Assembly: GCA_951406725.2 (NCBI GenBank)
Contig: OX597831.1
Coordinates: 38,688,001 to 38,752,000, forward strand
Direction: 5' to 3'
Length of the DNA: 64,000 nucleotides
DNA from: Octopus vulgaris
Taxonomy: Eukaryota
Part shown: positions 26,061 to 40,162 of the stretch, in pieces
Position numbering within the stretch: the stretch's first letter is position 1
How the letters are laid out: the number at the start of each line of letters is the position of its first letter
The notes under the pieces: generated by a model
What the model was told of the DNA's origin: nothing
The model's input: the letters and a program-made list of their open reading frames with translations, nothing else
Databases searched by the model: none
Program-made: the position numbers and the translations under genes

Positions 26061-26751
26061 GTATATACGGAAACAACACAGATGCTGCATGTTAAATGAG
26101 ATGTGATAAAATATTCATAGGTGACATTCCTGCACACCTATACACACACACGACACACACATTCACACGTGAAATGTATTGAAATGAATGCTAATAGTGA
26201 AAGTGCTGAAACCAGATTTTAGGTTTAACTTTTTTCTACCGAATGTATCCTTTTTAAGAGGTACATATATACGGATGTAACCAGATCATGAATCTTATAT
26301 GCAGCTGCACTCTTTCAAGATAGAGCATCATCATCTTACATTCATTACATAGTGCATCTTAAAATTATAATTTTAGATTACAGAACTAATCGCTATCATA
26401 GTCCTTGATCTTACGCTCTATGTTCAAATGCCGAGGAGGTCGACTTTACCATTCATCCTTTCAGAATCGACAAAATAAGTAACACTTGATCACTGGCTGA
26501 ATATAATGAACTGTCTCACTGCCCGAAAAATTTCAGGCTTTGTGGCTATACTAGAAAGGGTTATAGATCTCTTTACATTATACAGAAAGCGAAATTATAG
26601 GGGTCATTGCTGGAATTTCTATATTTGATTAAGGAGCATCCACTGATGAACAACAATAGCAACGAGAACAACAAGGGAGAACTGAAATTGTTGTGCATTC
26701 TTAGATATATTATAACTGAATAAATAAATTAACGGATTGATACGCACTTTA

Positions 26752-26954
26752 CGAGAGGGCACCGAAAAATTCCTGGCTTTAAGGCCTCTTTGAATACCTA
26801 TCCTTCCGAGTTCTTTTACAGGATTTAGAAAAACTGAACGATTACTGCAATAAGTGTCTGAATCTAAGGGGAATATGTTGAATAAAATCATAATTAGCTG
26901 ATCCTCCTGTATTTTCTTTTAACCAAAGCCAGGAAATTTTCAGCACACCCTTCG
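26752..26954 (+). mobile_element. Mariner-derived MITE (~200 bp)
   Basis: TA-flanked TIRs cgagagggcaccgaaaaattcctggcttt / aaagccaggaaattttcagcacacccttcg; retains transposase end GLEKLNDYCNKCLNLRG.YVE*. Confidence 0.85.
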
Positions 26955-27049
26955 TAACACTTCGTTCATATGTGTGCTATGCCACATATGATCCGTTGCA
27001 AACGCAGTACAGAATGAAGCGCTGCAAAATGGATATGTATAATTTGCGT

Positions 27050-27330
27050 TTCACATAGCGAATAAATGATGGTTCAGTTATCGGATTAGGGATAAATGGC
27101 ATTCCACGTAGCAGATCAAATATGTATGATGATCGTGAGCCAAGAGTATAAGTCACCAGCCCATACGCTTCACATAGCGGATCACCAAATAATAGTTATT
27201 CGCATGGCGATTCAGATGTAAACGAGTGATACACAAAAGTGGCTCAGATAAATATGGTGACTAACATAACGAACCAGATGTAAATGACGATTCGCTGAAC
27301 GGATAATACTAATAATAACTATTGATTCAC
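27050..27330. repeat. Degenerate ~30-bp minisatellite
   Basis: About 7 units approximating ttcacatagcggatcagatgtaaatgatga. Confidence 0.6.
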
Positions 27331-27997
27331 TAAGTTAAGGGGAAGAGTGGTTTTACTTAGACAGAGCTGAGCTTTGACTAAATAACAAGAGCAGCAACGG
27401 CACAATCGTTAGTAAGTCTAAGAAATAACATTGTTTACTCTCACACGATGTGATTAGGGGTCAGTGAATAGTATTCTTGTAGTGTAATTTTTGCGTAGAG
27501 ATCTATTTGTCTGGCCATTGTTTTTTACCTACACTAAACAACAAGAGCAATAGCAAAGGCAGCAGGAGTAAAAGAAAGCACAATGTAAATCATTTAAATA
27601 CATAGACGTGGACGAAGCAGATACGTAAATAAAATCTTTGACAGACATACGAAGAAAATTTCACAAATTCCCATACGTGGAATAAGTTTTTTCCGTCACA
27701 TTTGTAAAGTGCTCTGTCTTTACCAATGACACTCCCTTCTTCCTGGTCCAGACAACTTAGCTGCAAATACGAAACTATATATGCTGTCTTTTCGACAAAA
27801 GCATTCTCATTATTTTTCTTCTGTTTCTCTTTTCTTTCTCTCTCTCTCTCTCACTCACACACACAGACTAACTAACACACACACACATATACATTCACAT
27901 GCGCACAATTGCAAACCCATACCCTTTTCAAATGCACATTTCTAAATACGCTCCTGTACACTCACCAGCCTACTGTGACCGACCCACGGTCTGTCTA

Positions 27998-29210
27998 TAC
28001 TTTCTTTCATATAAATTAAGGCAATTTTCGGGAAATTACTTTTTGAGCGATAAATTACTTTCCCGCCCTTTTATGGAATTACTGCCTCTACACGTGAATG
28101 AATTTGTTCGCAGCAGCTGCAACCTTCTCTTGTTTGATTTCGCGTATCGCACGCACGATGCAGGTCTTCAAACTGTGGACGCTCAAGTGTGATAAAGCAT
28201 TGGTCTTTGCTTAAATTACACCCCATAAAAGTAATCGGGAAGGTTGTGATTTGGGCTATTACTGGGCCAGATGTTGGCCCTCACAAAAATGGCACTTTTC
28301 ACCAAGGAAGGCCTATGTTGCTTTTGATTCATGGCATGGTGCAGAATCCTGGATGAGCACCACATTGTCAAGCCCAAACTTCTGCTCCACCCAAGGTAAC
28401 GGAGAGTTCGTTAGAATGTCCAGATACTCATTTCTGCCGATCTTCAAGCCAGACTCAATGAAGTGTAGATCCATGAAACTTCCATCATTCGCCACGGCTC
28501 CAAATGCCATCACAGAGGCATGATTCTTAGTCTAAAAACACAGTGCGAACCTCAGAAGGGTTGTGTGTAATCACTCGAGAATTTCTGCAGTTCACCTCAG
28601 CATCCACACTGAATTTCTCGTCCACAAACACGGGAGTTTCTCCTGTACCTTGATCCTTGATGAACGACAGAATCCTTGAGAGCATGTCTCGTCTCTGATT
28701 GCTTTGATCTTGGCTGTTAGGAGGTGATGACGTCGACGAACATAGCTAGTCATGCCAAGATTCCTGGTGACAGTTCTGGTCACCGTGGAGAGGGACACAT
28801 TTCGTTTCTTTGCTAGAGTTGTCATGGATGCGGATGGGTTATTTTCAAATGAGCGTTTGAGGACAGCGAGAAACTTTGCAATGCGCTTGGATTTACTTCG
28901 AGTTTTGTATTCTTTTCTATCAATCTTTCCCTTTACTTTAAATTGTTAATACACACGATAAACTGTTGCTTTTTGAAGTCTCATCAACTTAACAATCTTA
29001 TTGGCAGTGTGGCCGGCGCACGCTGAAACAACAATGGCGGAACGGTTCTGCTCTTCCATGAATTTCTCTTCTCGAATCAGTTCCCCATTTACCAGAAACA
29101 TAAAGAGGGTGATTAGATTTTCAAACGAGCAAGTTTTTGTCAAAAAATAAAGTGTTGAAGTCACAAAGTCAACTGCTTAAAATTGGTCACAATTTATCTG
29201 GAGGACTTTG
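27998..29210 (-). mobile_element. Near full-length decayed maT (DD37D-type) Tc1/mariner element; transposase pseudogene about 29059 to 28050
   Basis: MEEQNRSAIV...HTH-like TLAKKRNVSLSTVTRTV, VMAFGAVANDG, IQDSAPCHESKAT, LWGVI, RVEAVI..KGG; degenerate TIRs sharing ataaatt...caatttt. Confidence 0.88.
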
Positions 29211-29350
29211 CTTATTACTCTCTCTCCTTCAGATTCAATCCCACTCGTCGTCTTCTCTTGTCTATAACAGTGAAATACTCAAGATCAACATTTCGCGCAG
29301 TTTGCTTTGGATACAAAAGTAGATTCCTCTCCTTCTATCTCTCACTTTCT

Positions 29351-29480
<130 letters not shown>

Positions 29481-29909
29481 TTCCTTCTTTCTCCCATCCC
29501 TTTTCTTCCTTTCTATTACGTAGTGGCCGAGGGATATGTAGATTACACTAAAGATCAGTGACACACGCACACACACAAAAAAACACAGACATACACACAC
29601 TCACACACACACACACATACACACATTCACACATATGCCTACACAAGTATGTTCATAAACTAATACGTTCACTAACTCCTACATGCATATTTGCGTATAC
29701 ATTGTAACAGAAACGCACCGAAAAACCCATCACACTCACACACATTCATACACCCCCCCCACACACATACAAACACACATAGACACACATGCACGCACAT
29801 GCACACGCACACAAACACCCATATATTGACCTATAATAACCTCCCACACACACACTAACACACCCAACAGTTCCCATGCGCATACACTAAAACACACACC
29901 CAAACATAC

Positions 29910-30019
29910 ACATATATATATATATAAATGTATATACATATATACAAATATTTGTGTATATATATATGTACGTATGTGTGTTTATATGTATATATATATA
30001 TATTTATAAATATATATGA

Positions 30020-30052
<33 letters not shown>

Positions 30053-30079
30053 TATGTATGTATGTATACATATATATAC

Positions 30080-30147
<68 letters not shown>

Positions 30148-30195
30148 ATACATATATGTACATATATGTATGCAGGTATGTATGTATGTATATGC
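29910..30195. repeat. (TA)n/(TG)n microsatellite
   Basis: Directly visible. Confidence 0.95.
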
Positions 30196-31250
30196 ATAAT
30201 TTAATCACTATGACGTTCCCAATTCCCACTTAAAATTCATTTATTATTGAATTAATCTATTAAATTTAATTTTATTTTTTATTTTTTATTGACTGTCTTA
30301 TTGATTGTTGATTATTTTTCCACACTCATATTGCTGTTGTTTGTACTGTTGTAGTTTTTGTTGTTGATGTTGTTGTGTGGCAGCGATAGTGGGTATAGTG
30401 ATGTACCTTACTTGATCGTAGCAGCGGTACTGTTTATTGTAGGTTAAGTGGTGCGAAAGTGAGTTGGTAATAGTGTAGCTAGCGTTAGATGTCATATTAT
30501 GGTGGTGGTTTTGGTGATGGTAGTGGTGGTCGTGTTCGTCGGCGTCGTCGTGGTTTTGGTGGTAGTGGTGTTGGTGGTGATGGTGACAATCCTGTTGCTG
30601 CTGCTGATTGGTGTTGTTAAGCAACAAGACGGGTAAGGCTGATTAGGTGATGATCTAGGTCTTAGGGGCTGGAGACAGGCATTCAAAAATATGGTGTAGT
30701 GTGAAAATTTTTGAACAAGACGAGCTAATATAGTTTGGAGGGGAAAATTAAACAATAAGACAGCCAGTAAGGGAGTATGAACTTGAATGAACTCTATCTT
30801 TTCGTATATTTTGTAGCCGAATCTTCCTATCTGGTAATGGACCTAAGTTTCACGTAAGTGCTCACAATAGGGCACTTCCAATTGATTACAAAACATACCT
30901 ATTACTTTGCCCTAATCTATGGTGACATGACCTGCAACTCTCAATGTGGTCTAAAGAAACATTTCAGGATTAATCAAGATCAGAAACTGCAACTAGTTCA
31001 AGCGGCACCAAAACTAATGTACGATTTCTGAGGCGGTCCATCTAAAACTAAGCTTGAGCTAAAAACTCACATAAGGTCTCATGCTAGAAATAAATATTGT
31101 GTACACTAAGATGATCAGGCATTGTATTAGGTAGACAACAATCCTATCTCACTTTCTCTCTCTCTCACTCTTCCTCTCTTTCCCTCACTGTCTGTCTGTC
31201 TGTCTGTATGTCTGTCTCTCTCTCTCTCTACATATATATATAGAGAGAAA

Positions 31251-31938
31251 ATCAAAATGTGCAACAGGATATCAAGAAATCATGCGGTACAACGGTTTCA
31301 AGCGGTTCCATTTAATTAAACAATACAATCATTACATCAATTTAAATGCAAGGCTATCACCAGCTTCACAAATAAATAATCAGTCGGACGAATTAATATA
31401 ATGTTACTCAAATTCTGTAACAGCTCGAAAATGGAAGAAATCTATGCTGTCGCTATCGTAGCTAAGAATATACTTCCAAGAAATGCCTGAAGCTTACTGG
31501 GGTCATAGTTTGCAAAAGTATTGTGGTTCATTTTTAATTTATTTTTATCAACTACTAAATCTAAGACTAGAGGATTGTATCTGTTTAGAATGAGGAGCAA
31601 GAGTGAGTTGTCAGCTCATGGCTAGGTAGGGCCATAAATATTGACAAGATTTTAGGAGTAGTAAATTGGGTATGAAGTATCTGTCTATAAAGGAGGCTGG
31701 GTAGTGGAAGACCCCAATCATGATGTTAATTATCAGTTAAAGGCGCAAGACGCTAATAAAATCTGTGATGTTAATACAGTACGGTGTTAATTCATGTAAT
31801 GATTGCATTGTTCAATTACAAGGAGCCGCTTGAAACGGTTGTACTGCATCAGTTCTTGGTATCCTGATGCATATTTTGATCTCATTCGCCTTCGAGCTGT
31901 GCGGATAATACCGGATTGATTGGTGCTTCAACTTATTT
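31251..31938 (-). mobile_element. Older PLE-type unit with ~94-bp inverted repeats (31251-31344 / 31787-31880) and a degenerate minus-strand hammerhead
   Basis: Arms are diverged reverse complements; minus strand CTGGTGA-agccttgcatttaa...ttaaatggaaccgct-GAAA-ccgttg-TA; possible ORF end TDFISVLRL*LIIN. Confidence 0.6.
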
Positions 31939-31939
31939 A

Positions 31940-32010
<71 letters not shown>

Positions 32011-32012
<2 letters not shown>

Positions 32013-32222
32013 CGGGAAGCTTTATGAAAATAGACAAAAGACGAAGGCAGGTGGGAAACAAACAAACAATTGTATTAGTATGGCGCTCAGGAAATATAAA
32101 TAAAACAAGTCTTTAACGTTTCGAGCCTACGCTCTTCAACAGAAAGATACACAGAGAGAAAAAAAAACACAGAAAGAAGGAGAGAAAAAAATGCGTGCAG
32201 TAACTAACAAATCAACATGGCG
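32011..32222 (-). mobile_element. Solo PLE-type terminal repeat between (TA)n tracts with minimal hammerhead-like motif (about 32109-32147)
   Basis: Minus strand tctttctg-TTGAAGA-gcgtaggctc-GAAA-cgt-TA-aagac. Confidence 0.6.
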
Positions 32223-32543
<321 letters not shown>

Positions 32544-32545
32544 TC

Positions 32546-33150
32546 TTTAAAACTTCGTATACTGGTAGAATGTGTCAAAATAAAACATTTTTTTCTCTTG
32601 GCTTTCTTGAGAAAATTGTAATTTGTTTGTTTAACGTAGTTTAATTTTTCGAATTTTAACCAATCCTATGTTCTCTTTTGAGCTAAAATCATTTGCTGCG
32701 TCTAAAACTGAGACAACATCCTGTAACTAACCCCAAACCTCCCCCTAACCCTAACCCTAACCCTAATTTATTTTTCTTAATTGTTAAATTTATTTAATTG
32801 TTACGCGTAAAAAAAAAAAAACTAAAGCAATGGAATTAAATTAATTTAACAATTAAGAAAAAAAAATAGGGTTAAGGTTAGGGTTAGGGGGGACGTTTAG
32901 GTTTAGTTACAGGATGTTGTCTCAGTTTTAGATACAGCAAAGGATTTTAGTTGAATGGAGGTAATCGATTGGTTAAAATTGCCGAAATGCTCGAATTTTC
33001 AGACGAAATATCTCACAAACTATAGAATTTTCTCAATAAAACCAAGAGAAAATGATGTTTTATAAACACATTCTACCAGTGTACGAAGTTTAAAAGTGTT
33101 TAGTTAACTAGAAATTGTGTTGACATCTGCCGTTCAAAAGGAAAAGATCC
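32546..33150. mobile_element. Foldback MITE of the 7744 family, with (CCCTAA)n/(TTAGGG)n in the arms; left terminus lost
   Basis: Arms about 32546-32800 / 32835-33095 are inverted; right end ctgccgttcaaaaggaaaagatcc. Confidence 0.85.
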
Positions 33151-33934
33151 AAGATTTTCAAACCAATAAACCTTTCTGTATATTCTTGATAAATAAACCC
33201 AGTATGCCCTTCCTTTCTTATAAATACCAATGTATGATTCTGCAAAATCCTGGCTATTGTCTCAATAGTGGTTCTTTCAGAAAACAGATGTGTGTGTGCG
33301 TGTGAGTGTGTTTGTGTGTGTGTGTGTTTCTTTTACTTCTTATGATATCATATTAATTGATATTTCAGCGTGTGTGATGTTTTAAAGCGATGTAAATATT
33401 TTAGGTCCAAAAATAGGTTTTATTATTATATTTTTCCTAGCGCTTTATATTGACTAAATTTTTTTTTTTTTTGTTTTTTCATTATTTGATTTCCGAATTC
33501 TGCAACACAAGGAATATTTAATTTTAATATTTCATGAAACAAACTATCATATTTATTTTTGTATTTTTTTTTTTTCATTTAAAAATTAGCAACGGAGAAG
33601 AGTGAATAGTAGTTACTCAGCGAAGGTCGGTCGCTTATGGTGACTTTCAATCCCAGCAGTTTTTGTGCGTTACTGCAAACAATTGCGGAATTGTTGTTTA
33701 CAATACCAGAGAGAGATATTCAACAGTTGAAGCAATTATTGCCAACTCAAATCAAATTGAAGTCAATTTTCAACAGTATTGTACATTGTGCAGAAACAAC
33801 GGTTTTTCAGAACAGACCTTCCAGGCAAATCCTTTCCTTTTGTTTATATAGGAACACGAATTAACATTTAAGAATACCCAATAGCGTTTATAGGAAATGA
33901 CAAAATGGAAAAACGCACGCAAACCCTCCTCTGC

Positions 33935-33995
33935 TCACACACACACACATAAACATATACACATACGTGTATATATATATATATATATATGTATG

Positions 33996-34046
<51 letters not shown>

Positions 34047-34259
34047 GTGTACATACATACATATATATATACATAAACACACAAATGTATATATAGAAAC
34101 ATATACATATATATATAAACATATATATAAATATTGATATACACATGCATATATATACATGTATGCTTAAAAATGTATATATATATACATAAAATATACA
34201 TATATACATACGAGCATTTATATACATATATGCATACACGTATATGCATACATACACAC

Positions 34260-34292
<33 letters not shown>

Positions 34293-34405
34293 CGTGTGTG
34301 TATATATATATGCATATATATATATACATACGTATGCATATATTTTTACATATACTTCTCTATATCCAATTATATATGCATCTCCCCTTTCTATCTCTCT
34401 CTCTC

Positions 34406-34453
<48 letters not shown>

Positions 34454-34458
34454 CATGT

Positions 34459-34503
<45 letters not shown>

Positions 34504-34560
34504 GAGATACATACATACATACATACATACATACATACATACATACGCATACACATATAC
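33935..34560. repeat. Compound microsatellite block
   Basis: Directly visible. Confidence 0.95.
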
Positions 34561-34771
34561 AATCACATAAACTCACGGATCTCTATCAAACATAAATATG
34601 CAACATTTAAATTCTAAATTCCTGTTTCTTGAAAGGTAAATGAAATTCTGTTTTGCTTTTATACGTATGCATTTGTAAATAAAATATGTACGTGAAGTAT
34701 TATTTAAGTATTTTTTCTTCAATATGCCAAGAGAGACATTATGCAGAATATATGAATGAATACATGTGAAA

Positions 34772-34831
<60 letters not shown>

Positions 34832-35499
34832 CCGTAGGGTATATCTCAGAGGGGGAAAGATTAATCATATATAAAAAGCTCTTTCTAACAAACCTGTGTA
34901 TATGTATGTGTTGAATGATATGTATGTATATGCAAGCACGAGTTTCACTTAAATATATATGTATGAAGGAAAGTGCATGTATGGAATGTTACAAAATTAT
35001 GCATTCCTATATGTATACATACACTCTTGTACGTATACTAAGATGTGAAGAAACAGAAACAAATACTATTTATATAAATGGAAACGAAGAACACACTTTG
35101 TCAATTTGAATAACATGATATACAATTCAGAAATAACTGACTCACTAAAATGAGAACTGGAGGCGAAAACAACGCAAGAATGTATACATTTTACATTGAC
35201 AGAATATATGTTCGTTGCCTAAGACTAAATAAATATTTATATATGTATTCCATATAAATGCTTTAGTATTATTGTCATTATTGTTGTTGTTGTTTTTGTA
35301 GCTGCTTTTGCTAGTTTGTTGCTGCTACTGTTGTTGTTGTTGTTGTTGCTGTTGTTTTTCCTCTTCTTGTTCGTCAAACGACACGTATTTCACAACGATC
35401 CTCTGAGATTGTTGTTATTTACATTGTTACGCAAAGTCATATATTGTACATTTCTTACCATTATATATATAAACTAACCTGGACCTTAGGTTAATTTGG

Positions 35500-36480
35500 G
35501 ATTTCCTTAGTAAAAAATCCACCCCCAATTTTAGTTTACAAAGGGAGATGACGGTGAGGATTGTTCGATCGTTGAAAAGAACACAGTTGTTCACAGAACA
35601 CATAAGCCAAATTGTAAAAGTCAGTGACAGCAGCAACAATGAGAACAATGAGAAAGTAAAACGCACCACCACCAATACTATCACCTGTACCATTAATGAA
35701 TAAAACATGACGATAGAAAACCAGCCACGCAAATCCGTTGTTAACGGTTTCGCTGATGCGATATAGCAATTATGTAAATACATTTTAATAAGTCAAAATG
35801 AATTTAAAATACAAAATTTGTGTTGAAGAAATAAGGGCGAAATGTGGCATTGAATGTTACTAGATCTATCCAACAAGAAACTAATATGCGAGCAGTTGTA
35901 TACAAAACAATTGGTACAAAAAGTAGAAAGGTAGAACGGACAAGACACCAACAGATAGGAAAATGTTTGCAACCAATTTTGGAGGAGCAAATCTTATATA
36001 GCCAAGGTGACGAAAAAAAGAACTGTCGAAGTGACATCCGTCTCAGAGAAAGAAGCCAAAAATAACTCGGGTTGACGAACTCATCATCATTCCAGTTACC
36101 TCTGCACAACAGCAAAAACCTCCCCAAGTCATAACCATCACTGCTTCGGACCACTCAGACAAGTCCTAGAATGAAGGGGACACTGAGGAGCCAAAATGGC
36201 AAACGGTTACCAAACGAAAGGGGAACAAAAACACACCAACAGAAAAAATAATGGAGAATACAAAACAAATGAGGGAAATGCCTTTAAGCAAAAATGTTCA
36301 AAAACATAAATCCCAACACGAACAAACTTTAAACTACAGCAACAACACTGCTATAAGTATGACAAACAAAACAGTAATGGAATATATGCAGAATCATACA
36401 GCCATCACTCAGAAGAATTTCATCACATCGACAACCAATGTACATACACACGTAAGAATTATACTAATAACATGAATATA
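35500..36480 (+). pseudogene. Probable decayed LINE ORF1 (gag-like) upstream of the APE fragment
   Basis: A-rich sense strand, degenerate knuckle-like VCNQFWRSKSYIAK, EPKWQTVTKRKG motif, position just 5' of ORF2. Confidence 0.4.
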
Positions 36481-36658
36481 TTTAGCACTTTAAATATCGA
36501 ATAACCTTGATGCAAGTAGAAAATTTTACGAAGACCGTTAATAAAATGTTTCACAAAGAATTGTTCGAGCAAACGATCGCATCTAAACAAAAACACCTAT
36601 GCCCCATCCCTGACAGTAAGTCGCTCTCTTCTCTTCTCTGTCTGCTTCATTGTCCAGC

Positions 36659-37190
36659 ATGGCTTTGCTCAGAATTAATTGTATAAATTACGTTGACCGG
36701 GGTTTCGTCTTGGAAACAGGGTCACCTACTCAATGATCTCGGGTCACAAAGTTTAGAGGTCGTGGCTGTCAGTGAGATGAGACGTTCCAACCAGTGGGCT
36801 TTCATGCTGGTTTTCTGTGGATACAAAATTTACTTGGCTCCGTGTCAACTGGAAATAGGGGCGAACAGCAGTGTTTTGCCGGAGAGATCTAGAACTCAAA
36901 ATAAGGGCCATCTTCCTGGGAGCAGAAAATAAATTGGTTCTCCTGGATGTACACAGTAACGACAAGGGCGCTTTCAGACTAGTAGCTCTCTATGTTCCGA
37001 CAGAGGTAGGACTACCGGATTTCTTCAGACGTCTGGATGTTTTCTTGAGAATATCTCGACCTTTAGTGCTAATGAGTCACTGAAACGCTAACTTGCAGGC
37101 TTGTTTAGATTTTGAAGAGCTAGTTGTTACAAGAGGTGGGTACCGAAACCTCTCAAACCAGCTTAGACGTTTTCAACTGTCTGACACTTG
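36659..37190 (+). pseudogene. L1/Tx1-clade LINE ORF2 N-terminal AP endonuclease, decayed
   Basis: MALLRINCIN, EVVAVSEMR, LVLLDV, FRLVALYVP, LVLMSH*NA (GDFN-like); frameshifted. Confidence 0.8.
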
Positions 37191-37259
37191 CGTCGATATA
37201 TTCAGCTTATACTTCCTTCAAAATGTCAAGTGTTCAGCCTATATTAGAGACAATTATTA

Positions 37260-37830
37260 TTTTTGTTGCTATTGTTGTTCTCCTTTACAGTCATGTTGTG
37301 TTGGAACTTCTGGAGCCTTACATTCGTAAAGAGCTTGCCACCTGCAGTGTATCGCACCATGCTGTCTGTTATTTTCAACTACCTAATACTTTCCTGACGG
37401 CACTTGTCGTGCCAAGGAGTCAAACCTTCTACAACAACTCTACAGGGCACTCTAATCCAATTTTCTGTATATTCATTTTGATGTCTTCTGATATTGTCTC
37501 CTAGGAACCAACAATAATTGGTACGGTATCCAACTTGTACATGTCTATTTTTCATATACATTGTTAACATATTTATCGATCAAAGAGGCACACAACATCA
37601 ATTATGGTGCAGAAGTAGTCCTTTTGTGTCTACCACCTCATGATCCAGCTTGCTGTGCTCAAGCACCTGGTCGTTTTGAATTGGGAAATTATTCCTGGTG
37701 GCGTCTCCTGTTCTCTGTTATTTAACTATCTCTGGAAACCTAAAAGACAATCATCCCTGAAATAAGAATTCATTGGCATTAGTCATACCATTTCCTCGTT
37801 GTTACTGTAATCCATATACAAGCAACTGGC
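37260..37830 (-). pseudogene. 3' end of an RLE-type LINE (R4/Dong-like restriction-like endonuclease)
   Basis: NFPIQNDQVLEHSKLD (DxxIQTDxxxxHNxPD-like), IIDVVC, VPIIVGS*ETIS, ELL*KV*LLGTTSAVRKVL. Confidence 0.8.
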
Positions 37831-38100
37831 AGATATGAGCGTATGCATATATGTATATATGTAGGGTATATGTATATATATATATATATATATATAGAAA
37901 AATTAGGTAATATCAGATGGTTCATTTGTAGATATTTATTTATATATTACATTTTTTATATATATCATATCATTCGGATTAGCGCTTGCTCCCATTCTAG
38001 TGGGTTTTCAAATCAAATCAGTTGTGGGTAGTTTGAACCTTTTTATAGTTTCGTAGTAGTGGGTGAGGAGGAAGTGAGACAGAGAGAAAATATGTGTGTA

Positions 38101-38161
<61 letters not shown>

Positions 38162-38311
38162 ATACCGTCTACATACACGTGTACATACAGACAGACAGAC
38201 AAACACATGCACACAGACAACGAACAGACATAAGCACATATTGTATATATGTGTGTACATGTGTGCATGTATGTGTTTCCATGTATGTTTGCTTAGAAAG
38301 TTTAAAATACG

Positions 38312-38397
<86 letters not shown>

Positions 38398-38399
<2 letters not shown>

Positions 38400-38475
38400 A
38401 AAATAAAATCAAAAACAAACAATGCACATGCACGAAATTAAAAAGATAAAATGGCGACAATTTACCCATCGCAAC

Positions 38476-38561
<86 letters not shown>

Positions 38562-38598
38562 ATATATATATATGTGTATGTGTGTGTGTGTGTGTATG

Positions 38599-38637
<39 letters not shown>

Positions 38638-39444
38638 TCGACTACACAGTCTAGTAGGGTCAATTGGGCACCGTCTGTGAGAAAAACACTATGATGCAAT
38701 TCACTCTGCCAGAAATTTGAAAACGACCTGTTGTACTACCTAACATCCGCACCGGAAGCTCCAATACGAATATTTCAGAATATTTAGACGTCAATCTGAA
38801 GACAGTGCAATCGGAGGACATGTACCGACAGTGATAAAGATAAGACATCCAGTAAACATCATGGTGTTTGGAGTGATGACTAGTGATGGCAACGTTATTC
38901 TCCCAATCATCTTCCCACACGGCCTCACACTGAATATGGAGTCCTACATCAAGTGCCTGGAGGAGGCAGTGCTACTCTAGGTCAAGAGGGTGGCTGCAGG
39001 AAGACCCTCTCTCTGGCAACAGGACGCTGCATCATCCCTCACAAGCAGGAAAACCCATCCATGGCTGTCAGACATTTTCTGTAACCAAATTGCCCTTAAT
39101 ACCTGGCCACTCACACACCAAACTGCAATCTGCTTGATAATTATATGTGCAGCGCAGATGAGCCAGATACCGACAAAACACCTTGTAACACCAAAGATGA
39201 ACTGAAAGAAAGGATCATGGCAGAATACGCTAATTTAAACAGGGAAAACGTCCAGAAGAGTTGCAGGAAATTCCGACGTCGTCTGGATGCTGTGGTTAAG
39301 GCGAATGGTGATCATATTGAACAAATTTACTCTAGTATTTAAGATATTTTTATGTAATTTTGGTAAATATATATGTTAAAATGAGATGTCAGTGTTATTT
39401 TCATTTTTGTGTAATTTAGACGACGGTTTATTCACAGCACCCTG
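38398..39444 (+). mobile_element. Internally deleted maT (DD37D-type) element with an inverted left terminus
   Basis: HPVNIMVFGVMTSDG, LWQQDAASSLTSRKT, TKDELKERI, FRRRLDAVVKANGDHIE; right TIR ends cagcaccctg|TA. Confidence 0.88.
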
Positions 39445-39470
39445 TATATATATATATATATTGATTGATT

Positions 39471-39538
<68 letters not shown>

Positions 39539-39664
39539 TAGATATAGATATATACATTCAGACGTACGTACATATATATACACATATATGCATACATATA
39601 TACATACACACACACCCATATATATATATTTATTTATTTATTTATATACATATATATATATATA

Positions 39665-40157
39665 TATTATATAAAATCCGTTCTGTACGTCTGTGTGTCT
39701 GTCTTCTAGGATCTCGGGCATAAATCTCAAAAAAATTACAAAACTCGATTCCAAGTGAGAATGTGATCGATAAAGCCGTGTAGACGTGCATTTGTACGCG
39801 CAAGTACATCAGCTGTTGCGATCGATACTACGCGTACGCGAGAAAAATGCACGTGCAGTTTGCGCAAAAAAGCCAGCTGGCTTGAAATAATGCCACAAAA
39901 TGCAGTATATTTAAGAGACCAAAAAAGTAAGAAGCAAAAGAGATATTTTCTTCAAACTTGGCATGAAGGAAGGAAAGACTATTTGGTTTCTCAAGAAGTT
40001 CTTTTCCTTTGCCTTAACTTCGTTTAACAAAACCAAAAATTTTATTGAAATAAAGGCAGGGTTAATTATTTTTTAATGAAAAGAAAACACTGATTTATTT
40101 TTATTCAGCAGATATAATTCACCACCGTCCATCGGATGAGTGGGGGCGTTTTGCTCG
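39665..40157 (+). mobile_element. Probable non-autonomous Helitron
   Basis: 5' tatataaaatccgttctgtacgtctgtgtgtctgtc; 3' GC-rich hairpin-like segment then CTCG|T (CTAG-like). Confidence 0.55.
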
Positions 40158-40162
40158 TATAT

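Noticed and set aside
30298-30627. His/Gln-rich 109-aa minus-strand ORF
   Set aside because: Degenerate (CAC/CAA)n trinucleotide low complexity, non-ATG start, no domain or splice support
32720-32900. Telomere fusion site (CCCTAA facing TTAGGG)
   Set aside because: Only a few units, wrong polarity for an end-to-end fusion, and contained within the arms of a foldback MITE
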